From Azolla caroliniana (Eukaryota > Plantae > Polypodiophyta): a stretch of DNA of 64,000 nt. Each line of letters begins with the position of its first letter. The first letter of the stretch is position 1. Of the stretch, positions 1 to 13,787 are shown one piece after another. The notes below the pieces were generated by a model that saw only the letters and a list, made by a program, of their open reading frames with translations, ran no database searches and was not told where the DNA came from. The DNA lies in the NCBI GenBank assembly GCA_043228905.1, contig JBHGNT010000021.1, positions 8,432,001 through 8,496,000 of the forward strand, given 5' to 3'. Position numbers and translations under genes: made by a program.

Positions 1-3000
1 ATTCAGTTGTAGATATTAGCTGGAGCAAAACGGTGTGGCCGAAAGGAAAAATCGGTCGATTGTGGAAGCGGTGCAGGTAATGCTAGAAGAAAAGAGCTTG
101 CCCAAGTTCTATTGGGCCGAGGCGGTACGAACCGCGGTATACATCCGGAATCGGATCGGAGACAAAGTGTCAGCGCATGAACTGTATTTCGGGAAGAAGC
201 CGAATTTGGCGCACTTGAGGATTTTCGGTAGCATTGCGTATGTGCATGTGCCGAAGGAGAAACGGAGGAAGTTGGATGCGAAAGCTGAGAAGTGTATCTT
301 GGTCGGCTATTCGGACAAGCAGAAGGATTATAAGTGTTATAACCCTCGCACCAAACAAGCACGCGTGAGCCGTGACGTTGTGCTTGACGAGTCCATGTCC
401 TGGTACTTGCCTCCGACTCCGGACCTCACCTCCAATCCGAGTTCTGACGATGAGGTCAGCGAGGCCGAGATGCCTCCGGATGAACCTAAAATCAGGACCC
501 GCAAAGAGAGTCTGATTTGGTTTCGGTTAAGCGGACCGAATGGACGACTGAGTCGGTTCGACCAATCCGATGAAGAGCCGGTGAGTAGTGGAGACTCGGC
601 CGTGCATTCCCGCACAAGAAACCGAGGAGACGGTTTACGCGCAAGGAAAAAGGGAAGAAGAAGGTGTCGGATTACAGCACGGATAGGAACGAGTCTGATC
701 GACGTGAGTCCGACTCCAAGGGAAGTGATGACGGTTCTTCGAGAGCGAAGTCCGTGTCGGCCAAGAAAGCCTCAACTTCGGCTAATGAGCAATTACGCCG
801 ATCTACCCGCCAAATAACCCTGTTGTGCAGTTTGGTTACAACAAGTACATGGCGCATCACTATGCATACATGACGCGTGTAGCAGAAGTGCGTGAGCCGG
901 AGAGCTACGCAGAAGCGGCGAAGGACGCAAATTGGCGGGCCGCAATAGAGGAAGAGATGCGCGCATTGGCGGAGAATGAAACCTGGGACCTAGTTGACGC
1001 ACCGAAAGGTGTGAAGCCGATCGGATGTAGGTGGGTGTACAAGGTCAAGTACAACACTAACGGCTCGGTCAACCGATACAAGGCTCGGTTAGTAGCGAAA
1101 GGTTATGCGCAGAAACACAGCATCAACTACGATGAGAAGTTCGCGCCGGTCGCGAAGATGACGACCGTCCGTGTTTTGCTCGCGGTAGCTGCGACAAAGG
1201 GGTGGCACTTACATCAAATGGATGTAAAGAATGTGTTCCTACAAGGTGAGCTTGAGGAACAAGTGTACATGGTACAGCCCCCCGGATTTCACTCCGGAAC
1301 GAACACTTCGGCGGTGTGCCGATTGAAGAAGTCCCTTTACGGACTAAAGGGGAACGCGAAGATCACGCAACGATTGCGTCGGATGAGCTTTGCAACATCA
1401 AAATCTGACTCCTCACTGTTCATCCAGAAAGGTCAACTCGGGCCGGTTAGCATTTTACTTTATGTTGATGACTTGGTCATCACCGGCGATGACCTTTGAC
1501 CGCGTGAAGCTCCAGCTTGTGGCATCATTCAACATGAAGGATCTGGGGGACCTTCATTACTTCCTCGGGATCGAAGTGATCCGCACCCCCGAGGGCATAC
1601 TGATCAGCCAACGACATTACGTACTGAGTATGCTCTTCAAATTCGAGATGGCCGACTGTAAGTCCGTCTTGACTCCTCTGTATAGAACCGTCAAGCTTCA
1701 CCCCAATTCCGGAAAGCTATGTGACCCAACGAGGTTCCGACAGATAGTCGGAAGCCTTATATACTTGACCATCACCCGACCAGATCTTAGCTACCCAATC
1801 GGGGTGATTAGTCAATTCATGGCGCGACCGACCGAGGAGCACCTTCAGTGCACACAACGCGTACTCCGGTACGTCAGTGGCACTAAGGACCGGGGGCTAC
1901 TATATCAGACCGATACTGTCGCGCAGTTGGTCGGTTACATCGATGTTGATTGGGCCAGAAACGTCGGCTATCGCCGATCCACGTCCGGTTTCACGTTCTC
2001 TTTTGGGAGTGTCGCGATCGCGGGGAGTAGCAAGAAGTAGCTGACAATTGCATTATTGAGCACCGAAGCTGAGTATAGAGGAGTGGTTGTCGCGACATGT
2101 GAAGCCATATGGTTGAAGCAGCCACTTAAGGATCTGCAGGTGGAGGTATCCGATCCAAGGAAAATCTACTGCGACAACCTCAGCAGCATCCAGCTAACAA
2201 AGAACCCCGTCGAGCATCGAAGCCAAGTATAGAGGAGCGGTTGTCGCGACATGCGAAGCCATATGGTTGAAGCGGCTACTTAAGGATCTGCAGGTGGAGG
2301 TATCCGATCCAAGGACAATCTATTGCGACAACCTCAGTAGCATCCAGCTAACAAAGAACCTCATCTTCCACGCCCGGACTAAGAACATTGAGGTGCACTA
2401 CCATTTTGTCTGTGAGTGTGTCCTCTCCGGTGAAGTCGAACTTCGGTATGTTCCGACGGATCGGCAGAACGCTGACATCTTCAACAAGCCTCTTGGTCTG
2501 GACAAGTTGCGGCAATTCTCGGGTGCGCTTGGGTTGCGTCACCTCGATGTGCCGAACTTGAGGGGGAGAGATGTCATGGATGACCATAGAAGGGAGCATG
2601 AAAGGAGCGGAAAAGACCGTGACGCCGAGTCGGATGACGAATTCGATTTCGGATCGGCTGAAGAAGCCGAGGGCGGATCCGCGGAAGAGTCCAGCCAGAA
2701 GAAAGAGCCAAAGCCAACCAAGCATGGGGGAGATGAAGCAAGGGCCAAGCGGAAGAGAAGGCAGCAGAAGAGGCGCCAACATCGCAACAACAAGGAAGCT
2801 GAGAAGGGCTATGTAAGCAAACAAGCCGATCGGAAGGGTCGAGGCGCGCGGAATCGAACAGGTCGAAGAGTGCGAGCAAGGCGTGAAGCCAGAAGGAACC
2901 GGAGCATAGATCCGGCGGAGCAAGTGGAACCTCAAGTTGAGCTTGAGGGGGAGTGTTGAGAGACAAGCTCAACATTCGTGCGTAATACGATGCGTAACCC

Positions 3001-3380
3001 AATGCGTAGACTGGGTGCGTAAATCGGTACGCATAACATGGTCGTATCGGTGTGAAAACCACGAGGCCGTTGGGAAGATATTCCTCGTAAGGAATAAATT
3101 TGGGAGTTAGTGTAGTAGGCTCATTTATGAGCGATCAAGTACTGTCAGTACTTGTGTCAGCCCGATTGTCAGGGCTTGTATAAAAGGTGCTCACTGAGCA
3201 CGGTGTATGTACAGAACAGAGTGTCATTTTTAAATCTGAGTTTTTCTGTTGTCTGCTCTCTCTCTCCATCTCCATCTCTGCGTTTTCTGTGTTTTACCAA
3301 ATTGTCTTATTCTCCCGACCTGTGTACACTGTGTCTTACGCACACGCTTCCGCACAACATATTCTTTTACATTAGCCAAC
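1..3380 (+). mobile_element. Ty1/copia LTR retrotransposon, 3' part (integrase C-term, RT, RNase H, PPT, 3' LTR); degenerate, 5' end outside window
   Basis: ORF fragments: AERKNRSIVE..FYWAEAV..KLDAKAEKCILVGY (INT), RYKARLVAKG..HQMDVKN..LLYVDDL (RT), IYCDNLSSI..RTKNIEVHYHF..ADIFNKPL (RNase H) in copia order, with frameshifts. PPT TTGAGGGGGAG at 2943-2953 is directly followed by TGTTGAG. Confidence 0.95.
2954..3380 (+). repeat. 3' LTR of the copia element
   Basis: Starts TGTTGAGAGACAAGCTCAAC right after the PPT; TATA-like TATAAAA near 3179; CT-rich U5. Ends near ..GCCAAC(G) at 3380 where gypsy sequence resumes. The right end is approximate. Confidence 0.75.
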
Positions 3381-5432
3381 GTACATGTGATACGTTGGGG
3401 ATCCGGGAATGGGAACCATGCCCATTCTAGCTCCGGATGGTTGATACCAGTTCGGTCCAGCCAACCGAGCTGATCCGGGACTTGGAGGTCACAATTGGCG
3501 GACATGCATTCCGGATATCCGCAGTGGTGCTCCAGCTAAACGCACAAGGACCATATCCCTTGTTGCTAGGAAGACCATGGTTGCGGACAGCACACATAAA
3601 ACAAAATTGGCAGAGGAATATCATCACTTTCCAGCACGGCAAAGCAAAAGTGCGAGTACCGACACACCAACGAATGGGCGCCAGTAAGGAGTGGACGCCA
3701 CTATATGTAGAAAGCATTAACATGCTAGAAGAATTAGTTGGCGAAGAGGTAGACCGGTACCTACACGAACATCCAAGGATAGTGCCATTGTTCGAAGTAG
3801 ACATTGCAAAAGCAGTTACCCCGTATATCGTGCAATCGGAAGAAGTCGGTGACGAGCCGGATCGGGAAGCAATCCGAGAATTACGTCAAGCACAGGAATC
3901 CCTGGAACGGGAAATGGTGGTACCGCAACGAGTAAAAGCGTTGTAATTAGAGGAGGTGAACCTCAGAACCGGGGAGGAATCGAAACCGATCAACGTGGCA
4001 AAAGAAATGTCATCGTCGGAAAAATCAGCGATGGTGACATTACTAAAAGAATTCCGGGATGTATTCGCATGGTCGTACGAAGACATGCAAGGATTGGACC
4101 CCTAGTTGCATCAGCACCAGATTCACCTGAGCAAGGACGCAAAACCGGTAGCACAAAGACGGTACCGCATGAATCTGAACTATGTGGCCAAAGTGAAAGA
4201 GGAGATTTATAAATTACTTCGAGTCGGCTTTATCTGGCTGGTGAAGCAAGCAACATGGTTAAGCCCGATTGTGGTTGTACCCAAGAAAAATGGAAAAATC
4301 AAGGTATGTGTGGATTACTGGAAGTTAAATGCAGCAACGGTAACGGAGTGCAACATGCAGTAGCCGACTACTTAAACCGATTAGAATCCGGGGAAACTTG
4401 AGACGGTGTTCGCGATGAGTTTCTGGATGCACAGTTATTCAGGGTGACCGCGGAGAAGAAGGTGGATGAAACAGTGGCCGGAGAGGATAAGTGGCTTACA
4501 AACATGCACCAGTTCTTGAGCACCGGACTGCCTTTGGAAGAATTTAATCGGGATGAACGGAAGCGGTTGGCAGTGCAGAGTCAGCATTTTTGCTTATTAC
4601 GGGACACCCTGTACCATAAAGGAGCTGACGGAATCTTGTGGCCTGCAGTCCGGAACGACGAGAAGGAGGCAATACCTCGAGAAGTCCATTGCAGGGTGGT
4701 AGGAGGCCACTATGCCGAAGACGCTACGGCAAGGAAAATTTGGAGAAGCGGATTGTGGTGGCCCACAACATTGAAGAACGCCATGCAGTATGCAAAGGAA
4801 TGTGACCTTTGTCAGCGACTGGGCCAACCAACGAAGCAAGCACATATACCGCATCAACCAGCGTTGTCGTTGGACCCCTTTCAAAAATGGGGACTGGATT
4901 GTGTCGAACCATTCAAACCAACGGCAATGAGAACCAGCAACCTGTACATAATCGTGGCAACCAATTACTGTACGAAGTGGGTGTAAGCCAAAGCACTCAG
5001 AGAATACCGCGGCATCCACAAGTAAATTTTTATATGAAAACATTTGGTGCAGATACGGTTTTCCGATCGAGCTTATTAGTGATCAAGGTGGACATTTCCT
5101 CAGATAGGTTGTGGAAATCTTGATGACATTCTACGCGGTGGTTCACAAGTGAAGTACGCCATATTACCCGCAAGCGAATGGATTAGCGGAGTCCACCAAT
5201 AAAATGCTCCAGAATATTCTCCGAAAAATCGTAAACGAAAACCGGACCGACTAGGATACAAAGTTGCAAAGCACATTGTGGGCATACCGGACGACATACA
5301 AGACCAGTATCCAGACAACACCGTTCCCGTTAGCGTTCGGTTTGGAAACAGTCATGCCGATGGAATTTCAAATTCCTAGCTTATAGATACAAATTCGGGA
5401 ACAGTTAAGCGAGAAGGAATCGGAAAAGATCC
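3381..5432 (+). mobile_element. Ty3/gypsy (non-chromovirus, Athila/Tat-like) remnant: protease, RT start, large internal deletion, RNase H end, integrase
   Basis: PYPLLLGRPWL (PR); FAWSYEDMQG and WLSPIVVVPKKNGKIKVCVDY (RT N-term) joined at about 4345 directly to GVQHAVADYLNRL (RNase H end); H..GGH..WWPT..CDLCQR and PFQKWGLD (INT). Multiple stops. Confidence 0.9.
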
Positions 5433-6000
5433 GGCGTACCTAATTAAGGAACCCTCTAAACTGTGATCGCATTCCATCGATTTTCATGGGAAGCCCAATC
5501 TTGGGTTCTTTAGGGATCCCTTGAGTACTCGGTCCTTATTGTTGCAACGACACAATAGTTGCATCTAGTTGTTGCATGCACACGTAATGCCAACTGCCCA
5601 TTTTGTTTTTGCATTTGCTGCTTTTCTACAGTGATTTGGTGAAGATCTCCCAACAAATGTTGATTTTCTTGTTCCAGTGCTACAAATTTTTCTTTCAACC
5701 ACTGAAGCTCAGAGAAGATGGATTGGTATTCTTGTGCGCTAACTGTTGCCATTTAGTATTAGAGGAAGGAAGAATAAGAAGATTAATATTAGAGGAAGGG
5801 AAGATAAGAAGAAAGGAGAATTTGGTTCAAACCGTTAGAAGTAGTACTAGAGACTGAGACGATTAGTACTAGAGAGAGAGAGAGTACTATTAGAATTAGT
5901 ACGAGATGTAGAGGAAAGGGACAAAGTCTATGAGAGAATCATGAGAGAGAGTGTGTGTGTGTGTGAGTGTGTGTGAGTGAGTGTGTGTGTGTGCGTGTGC
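5433..6000 (-). mobile_element. 5' fragment of a chromovirus-type (Tcn1-like) gypsy: LTR end, leader and gag N-terminus
   Basis: Minus-strand coiled-coil ORF 5752-5510 continues after a frameshift as PKEPKIGLPMKIDGMRSQFRGFLN*VR, the Retrotrans_gag EPKI..P.KFDG.RS.FRGFL motif. LTR-like end ..CTACA at 5907 is followed by TCTCGTA. Confidence 0.7.
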
Positions 6001-6029
6001 GTGGGAAGAGAGAAGTACGATAACAAAGA

Positions 6030-6940
6030 CCGTAATACGTAAAATTCATGTCGTCTGCCATAAAATTTGTTTTCATACGTTGGAAAACGAATGCGAATGT
6101 TATTCAAACATTCATGAGTTTTTTTTTTTTTTTAATTCTTTTTTTTAGTTTTTCCTTGTTTGTTTAGTTTTTTTCCCCCTTTTCCTCTACACATCAACGC
6201 TACGCTAAGCTCCTCTCCTCTCCCATCCAGCCTTGAACGATCTGTTGCTTGAGCCTTGCATAGCGCATACTAGTGATTGCACATCTTCTCCCGCCATTAA
6301 TTTTTGCATACCAACGAGATACCACATTGCCCTACTCTCCCATTTTGGTATGTTTAGGGTTAATAATAGGTTTTAAAGTTTAAAGTTTTAAACTTTAGGT
6401 CATATTATGTAGTATGTAGTATGTAGTATGTAGTACAGAAATTTCTATAAATTTTCTATAATTTCTGTATTTTTGTTTTAATTTCTGTAATTTCTGTAAA
6501 TTTTTTGTCGATAATTTCTTTGTATTTTTTTTTTAATTTTTTTGTAATTTTTGTAATTTTTCTATAATTTCTATAATTTCTTTATAATTGCTCTACAATT
6601 TCGGTAATTTTTTTGTAATTGATGATAATGCACAAGATGAGGATGATGATTTTGAAGATGATGATATCAACTTGAAAGAAGATTAGGAATGTTCGTTTTG
6701 ATGTAACAACTCATTGAGAAATTGTTTTGAAGACTAAGCATTTTGGATATTTGTTACTAGAATTTACGAAAAAAAACATATTATTATTAAGAAGGTAATG
6801 TGTTTTTTGCAATTTTCTTAACTTTTTTACCTTGAAAAAATATTTGCCTTATAGTAAAAAGTTAATTCAAAAGTATGGTATTCACCATTCTTCTAGGGTG
6901 TTTACCATACTCGAATGATTGAAATATTCGCGAACACAAA
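6030..6940 (+). mobile_element. Possible non-autonomous hAT-like remnant
   Basis: AT-rich low-complexity body with a short acidic tail (DDNAQDEDDDFEDDDINLKED*, 6621-6686) resembling transposase C-termini. No TSD confirmed. Confidence 0.25.
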
Positions 6941-7379
6941 TGTACGTATGGTGCATATGTTTCATACTACCATATGCCTCTATTTATAGTATGATCAGGA
7001 GTATTCCTGAAGTTTCTAGAATGTTTCAAAGTAATCTAGAATATACATAATTTTCTGTAATGAAATAGTAAACTAAAATAGTGTTTTTATATTATAATCG
7101 TTATTCTAGTGGTATGGCCTCAACATGAGTAATATAATGTCACGGGCTCAATTCCTGTTGGGGCCATATCACGACAACACCTATTTATAAGTCCATATGG
7201 AGTATTCTAGAATGTCCTACAATAATATAATTATTATGGTTATGTATTGTATATGTTATTATGATGGTTAACAATTTGACATATATATTAAGAGGTTGTG
7301 GGTTTGAATCCTTGTAAGCCAAAATGCATGTCATTATGACATTTATGAAAAGGGATTACATTTATTATTTTGATACAGA

Positions 7380-8585
7380 TTCTTGCAAAACTCTAGCTTT
7401 TTACATGTGTGCCTCCTTCTTCAAACCCAAGGTATGATACATGTCCTGAACTCAGGGGTATGGGACATCATTGGAGTGGTCTCAAATATGTCTCTCACCT
7501 TCACTATGGGGTGATCAAGTGGTCTAGCACCCTTTCTTTCTTTCTTTTTTAAATTGTTTAATGTTGATCTCACATTCCGTAACTAGTGGTCTAGTGCCCT
7601 TTCTCCATTTTTTTCTTCTTAATCTTGCTTAACATTAATTTAGATTCTTGCACCCATGTATTCCTCCCTAGAAAGAAAGTGCTTTTATGTGTGCCTTTTG
7701 ACTCAACAGAATTGTCTACAAGTAAGCTTGCTAAATCAACCCTATGCTTCTATTGACCTTTTATAGTCCTCAAGGTATTGGTTCATCTACCTATTGTCGT
7801 GACCTTCAAGTAGATATCAAATTCCATCTTGTCTTTCACGTTAGTCATCTTAAAGAGCTCTTAGGTTTTGATGATAATTTAGCTTCTATAAAAACTCTGG
7901 TTACTTTTGAGGATTTAGCATCCAAACGTCATAGGACAAAAAGAATTCTCAATTCCAAAACTAAACAGTTATGATTTAAGCATATTAGAGGGTTTAAAAT
8001 TAAATGGGTGGATGGTTCTATCAAAGATGCTACCAAGGAGCGAGAAGATGCTTTGAAAACCAACTATCTTGAATTTTCATTTCAAGAGTACAATCTCTTA
8101 GAGAGGGGGAGTATGTTATGCGCATAATAATAACCAAGTTCTCTAACCTTTGGGTTATGCATGAGTTAATTCATAAGGAATGAATGGTAAGGATTGAGTT
8201 ATTCTCAATCGTATGATGGGAGATAACTTTAAAGTGTTTCATCATATGACCACTTATAATAAAGTAGTCAAGTGTGAAACAAACAAGGAACTAGTGTTTG
8301 AGCCTATATAAGAAGACTAGATATATTCCTGAAGGGGATGATCTTCATTATTTTGATAAAGACTAACAACATGGTAAAGCTCTAGCTTCATATGCTTGTG
8401 CCTCCTCCTTCTTCCAACCGAAGGTACGATCCATGTTCGAACTTTGTGGCATGGACACCAACGGGGGACTCAAATCCATCTCTCACCTTTGCTTGTGAGT
8501 GATTGAGTGGTTTTGCACCTTTTTCTCCTTATTTTCTCCTTAAGTTTGCTTAACATTAATTTAAATTCTTATAGTCTCATATTCA
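7380..8585 (+). mobile_element. Old chromovirus (gypsy) remnant: integrase tail/chromodomain, PPT and LTR fragments
   Basis: FHLVFHVSHLK..ILNSK..FKIKW..DAT.ERE (7820-8070); PPT GAGAGGGGGAG at 8101-8111, then TGTTATG at 8114; diverged direct repeats at about 7390-7650 and 8380-8580. Confidence 0.7.
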
Positions 8586-9026
8586 TACCCATGAACACAT
8601 ATACACATACTTAAATGCATTCACATTCATGTACACACACACACACACACAAAGATAAACATGTATATATATATATATATACATATATATGTTTGTTTCT
8701 TTACTAGCTTATAAATACATGATCCACTTCTTTAGTTTTTATATTTTCTTTCTTTCTTTTCTACTTCTTCTAGTGATTACTTTGATGGAATCCCACGTCT
8801 TTTGAAAGTTCGCCTAGAATGTATATTTTCACCCTTGGCACATGTTCATGAGGAGAAAGTGCCCAAAGTCATGGAGTTTAGATGAACTAAAGAAAAATCG
8901 GGATGATAAGCATTTTCAAAAGAAACATGTGAAAGAAATATCAACAAAGCATGTTAGGCTAATGGGTTAAAACGTCCTCATGTTAGGGTGTATTTTTGAA
9001 TTGGTAGAAATCAACTATATTAATAT

Positions 9027-9277
9027 TGTTATAGAATAGAATGATTAAGTAAGATCAAAGAGTGATTAGATATTAATCAAGATCACAATACAATATCTAG
9101 ATAGAGCTCATAAGCTATGCTCTTCTCTATATCTTCAAAATGATTGAGATACATAAGTTTTATGACTCACAAGATGATGAGATGCATGCATACTATTTAC
9201 ATCATGAAGTCTTCTTAAGTAGAGTTTAAGACTAAGATAAGTATAGCATAACTCATGTTATGCATGAGTTCATAACA
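9027..9277 (-). repeat. 3' LTR of Bianca-type copia
   Basis: 249/251 identical to 13865-14115 by eye; adjacent to the PPT. Confidence 0.95.
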
Positions 9278-12200
9278 CTCCCCCTCATCTCATCATCATT
9301 GGTTTAGCTCATTAGCTCTAATAATCTTTTGAGTCCAAGAGAATGAATGTTTAGCCAATGTTTTGATGTAGGTAAACTTTTGGTAAAAATATCCGCCAAG
9401 TTCTTGCTTGATTGAATAGGTTGTATGTTGATATAATTATCATTAAGCTCACGAGTAAAGAAAAACTTGGGAGAAATATGTTTGATTTGATCACCTTTAA
9501 TAAAGCCTTTCTTGAATTGATTAATGCAAGCATAATTATCTTCATAGATAACTGTTGGTAATGATGGGTCGATAAAACCACAAGAACTTTCAATATGCCC
9601 AATTAAGCGTTGTAACCATAGGCATTCTCAGCTTGCTTCATGTAATGCCAATATCTCAACATGATTTGAAGATGTTGCAGCCAATGTTTGCTTTGTTGAT
9701 CGCCAAGAGATCGATGTGCCACCAACAAGGAAAACATATCCTGTTTGTGATATGCCAACGTGAGGATCAGATAAAAACCCAGCGTCAGAATAACCGGTCA
9801 ATTGACCGTGCATAGAATCGCTGGTAAAGAAAAGACCCATATCTTGAGTGCCTCGTAAATATCTGAAAATCTACTTGATTCCAATCCAGTCAGTGTCTTC
9901 TGGTAGGATCGTGACTGTATCGAGCCAGCAAATTGACAGCGAACGAAATGTCCGAACACGTACAATTGGCCAAATACATAAGAGCACCAACAACAGCCAT
10001 GTAAGGATATTGTGGTCCCAATGTTGACTCATTAGAAGATCTTGGCCGAAATGGGTCACGAGAAGGATCCAAAGAGCGCACAACCATAGGAGTTCTAATA
10101 GAATGAGCTTGATCCATAGAAAACCGTTTTAATATTTTATGGATATAAGAGCTCTGATGAAGAAGAATTCCATTAGATAGGTGCTCGATCTGAAGACCCA
10201 AGCAGAATGTAGTTAAACCGAGGTCTTTCATTTCAAATTGGCATCTAAGCATAGCAACAACATCTTCAATAGCATTGGATGTTCCAATAATATTGAGATC
10301 ATCAACATAAATAGCGATAATGACAAATTCTTTGAGATAAATCTTGATAAATATACAAGGACAAATATCATCATTCTTAAATCCATGAGAAAGAAGATAT
10401 TGAGAAAGATGTTGATACCACATATGACCGGCTTGTTTAAGTCCATAAAGTGACTTACATAACTTGATCGATGGATTGAGAAATTTCCCAAGCTGCATAG
10501 ATTTGCAAAGTTCTTCAGGTATCTTCATGTATATATTTTTATCCAAATCACCATAAAGGTAGGCTATAACCACATCCATGAGACGCATATGAAGACTTCG
10601 TTGAATAGTGAAATGAATCAGCCAACGAAAACTCGTTGCATCCATAACCGGAGAATATGTATCGGTATAATCAATACCAAATCGTTGCGTGAAACCTTGA
10701 GCAACAAACCTTGCCTTATAACGGATAACTTCTCCTTTATCATTATGCTTCCGCACAAAAACCCAACGATAGCCAACAAGTGTATGACCAATAGGTGTCT
10801 CTTGAATTTTACCAAAAACTCCTCGTTTGAGAAGACTATTTAGCTCAGTTTGAATAGCTTCTTTCCACTTATCCCAAAAAGGAGATGCTTTTGCTTCTTG
10901 AATAGTTTGAGGATCAGATTCATTCTCAAATGTTGTTGCGACATGGAAAATGAAGATATCATTAACCTCTTGTCGTGTTATTAACTTAGAATTAGTATAA
11001 TTAGCAATTGGAGACTCTTCACTAATTATCCTATTTGATACTATAGGAACTTCAATCTCAGCCTCAGTTGTTGGTTTTCACTTTCTTAATTATTTATCCT
11101 TTCCTCCAATAGGCCGTCCACACTTCCTTTGAGATTCTACAACATGTGTCGGTGATTCACCAATCAAAATTCGAGCAGGCACATTCATAGCAGGATTAAT
11201 GTCGGAGACCTTCATATTGAAAGTGTCAACAAAAGCATCTAGTGCATTGTTGGCAATACTTTGTAGATGTAATATCCATCAAACTTCTTTCTCCCCCTCT
11301 CCAGTATAAGGATCTGGTGGCATTGGTTTATCCTTGGGCCAATTAAACATTAGACTTTGATCAATCTTTCCTGATGTTTCTCTTTTCCAGTTATCTTCCC
11401 CTAAAATCGGGAAAGTTGATTCATCAAATTGGCAATCGGCAAAGCGAGTTGTAAATAAATCTCCAGTTGTAGGTTCGAGATAGCGGATGATTGAAGGAGA
11501 GTTGAATCCCACATAAATTCCGAGACGACGTTGAGGACCAAGTTTCCTACGGTAATGTGGAGAAATATGAACATAAACTGCACAACCAAATACTCGTAAA
11601 TGAGAAACAGAAGGTGGAAAACCTTTCATGAGTTGATGGGGAGAGTAAACATGATATGATGATGGCCGTAGTCGGAGAAGTTGCGATGCATGAAGTACTG
11701 CATGTCCCCATGTTGAACTAGGCAAATTTGATTTGAGAAGAATTGGCCACACAATTACTTGAATTTGTTTAATCAAAGATTCAGCCATACCATTTTGAGT
11801 GTGAACATGAGGTGTTGAAACTTCAAAATTAATACCGATAGATTCGCAATAGTGAATAAAGGTTGTTGACGTAAACTCGGCAGCGTTGTCCATCCGAATC
11901 GACTTAATTGGAAAATCTGGAAATTGAGTGCGCAACTTGATGATAAGGATGAGGAGTCGAGGCAACGCCATATTGCGAGTAGAAAGAAGTGTGACGTGAG
12001 AAAAACGTGATGAAGCATCTTTAACTCCCATGAAGTAATAAAATGGTCCAAAAGGATATCACCATGTATATGCTCCAAAAATTTTGGTGACTCATACGGT
12101 TCCTTGTGCAAGGAAGGACGAATCACCAACTTTCCTTGTGTGCATGGAACACAAAAACGAGTTTTAACTCGATTCAAGTATTCCAACTTTAAAGGTAGAT

Positions 12201-12545
12201 CTTGAACATTATTGATCATTCTCCTAATCATTGTATGGTCAGGATGACCTAGTCTATCATGCCAAAGATCCATTATATCGGTATTGACATTCGAAGAAAT
12301 ATTGGAGTAGTGGGCAAATGAAGCCATGTGGATCTTCGGGCCTTTAAGGTTGAAACAATACAATTGATTTGGTAAGACTTCTAACTCATCAATAACTTGG
12401 GTAGTATTTGACAGGTGCTTGACTACTCACATTGTCTCTTTCCCATCTTGTTCCCATGTCATAAGGTGGTATCCATTGCGTCGCACATCTGCAAATACAA
12501 GAAGATTTCTTAGTGAGGTAGGCGCATAGCTAGCATCATGTATTT

Positions 12546-13787
12546 CTAAGCAAACAGCACTTGGAAGTTGGATACTGGCAGGGCCTCTTCCTTGTCCAAT
12601 ACAAGAACCAGCAATAGTCTTGATGTCGAAAGGGGCTTGATCTTTAATATGATGAAAGAATTCTTTATGACATAGAATAGTGTGTGTTGAGAGACACAAT
12701 CAATAAGACAAAGAAAATGGCTTGTATGCAAATCAATCATATGAGCTTCAAACATGTTGGCTTCAGGCTCAAATTCCAAAGGATGATCCATAAAATTATA
12801 TTCCAAGATTGGAATTGATGGTGAGATCGTTGATGATTCTACTACCATATTAGCCTCTGTTTTCATATCTCGACCTTGCTTGCCATACTTCTGGTAAAGA
12901 TCAACATGAAACTTAGAAGTTCGGCAAGTATTTGCCCAATGCCCTCGTAAACCACATCGAAGACATGAATTCGATGAAGGCTTATCTTGACTTGAATTTG
13001 ATTGATGATGCATTGGCTTGACTTGATTACTTGTGGGATATTGTTTCCTTTGTTGATTTCTTCCTCCTCTTCCTCTTCCTTGACTCTGTGCATATGGATG
13101 TTGGTGACGATGTTGTCGTCTAGAATAATTACTCTCGACATGTGTCAAATCCTTGAATTGTAGAGGAGCCGCAAGTTGACTTACTGGATGAAGTTTGTCG
13201 TTCTTGAGGAGAACTTGGTGGTGTTGCTCAGCGACAAGAAGTGTAGATAAAAGTTCAGCATAGGTTTTAAAATCACGATTATGATATTGTTCGGAAAGAT
13301 TAAAATTCGAGGGATGAAAAGTAGTTAACGTTTTGTTGATTAGATTCGCCTCTTGAACAAGGTTATCATGACCACAAAATTTAAGTTTAGAAACGATACC
13401 AAATAGTGATGAATTATATTCAGCAACTGTCTTGAAATCTTGAAAACGAAGTTGATTCCATTCATGCAAAGTGTTGGGGCCAAGAACAGTTCGTTGATGA
13501 TCAAAGTGGGCTTTGAGTTGCTTCCAGAGAGTTGATGGGTTCTTGATGGAGAAGTATTGATTTTGAAGGCTTAGATCAAGGTGATGAAGAATGAAGATGA
13601 ATGCTTCCGCTCCCTTCTTCCTAGTATTTGAATTCTCTGCATCATTAAAATTATCACTTATCGTATGAAGGATATCTTTCGCCGTGAGATGGCCTTCGAC
13701 ATGAACCATCCAAGTCATATAATTGGACCCATCCAACGCAAGTGGCGGGAATAAGCATTTCTCTATTTGTAGAGCTTGAGAAGTCAT
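12546..13787 (-). pseudogene. gag (with CCHC zinc knuckle) of Bianca-type copia, running into frameshifted protease
   Basis: 413-aa ORF: LDGSNYMTW..LWKQLKAHFDHQ..LRFQDFKTVAEYNS..CLRCGLRGHWANTC. Confidence 0.85.

Noticed and set aside
3211-3225. 15-mer ACAGAACAGAGTGTC shared between the copia LTR and the cis-prenyltransferase leader (30578-30592)
   Set aside because: A single 15-bp match is expected by chance in 64 kb and there is no flanking homology.
7105-7325. tRNA-like A-box/B-box motifs (TAGTGGTA..GGCTCAATTCC; GGTTTGAATCC)
   Set aside because: No complete cloverleaf can be folded; at most these are decayed SINE or LTR-embedded tRNA-derived sequence.
9351-9602. Hydrophobic 83-aa ORF near the Bianca 3' end (possible env-like extra ORF)
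   Set aside because: It is an alternative frame of the RNase H C-terminus (IYEDN..ADIFTKSLP).
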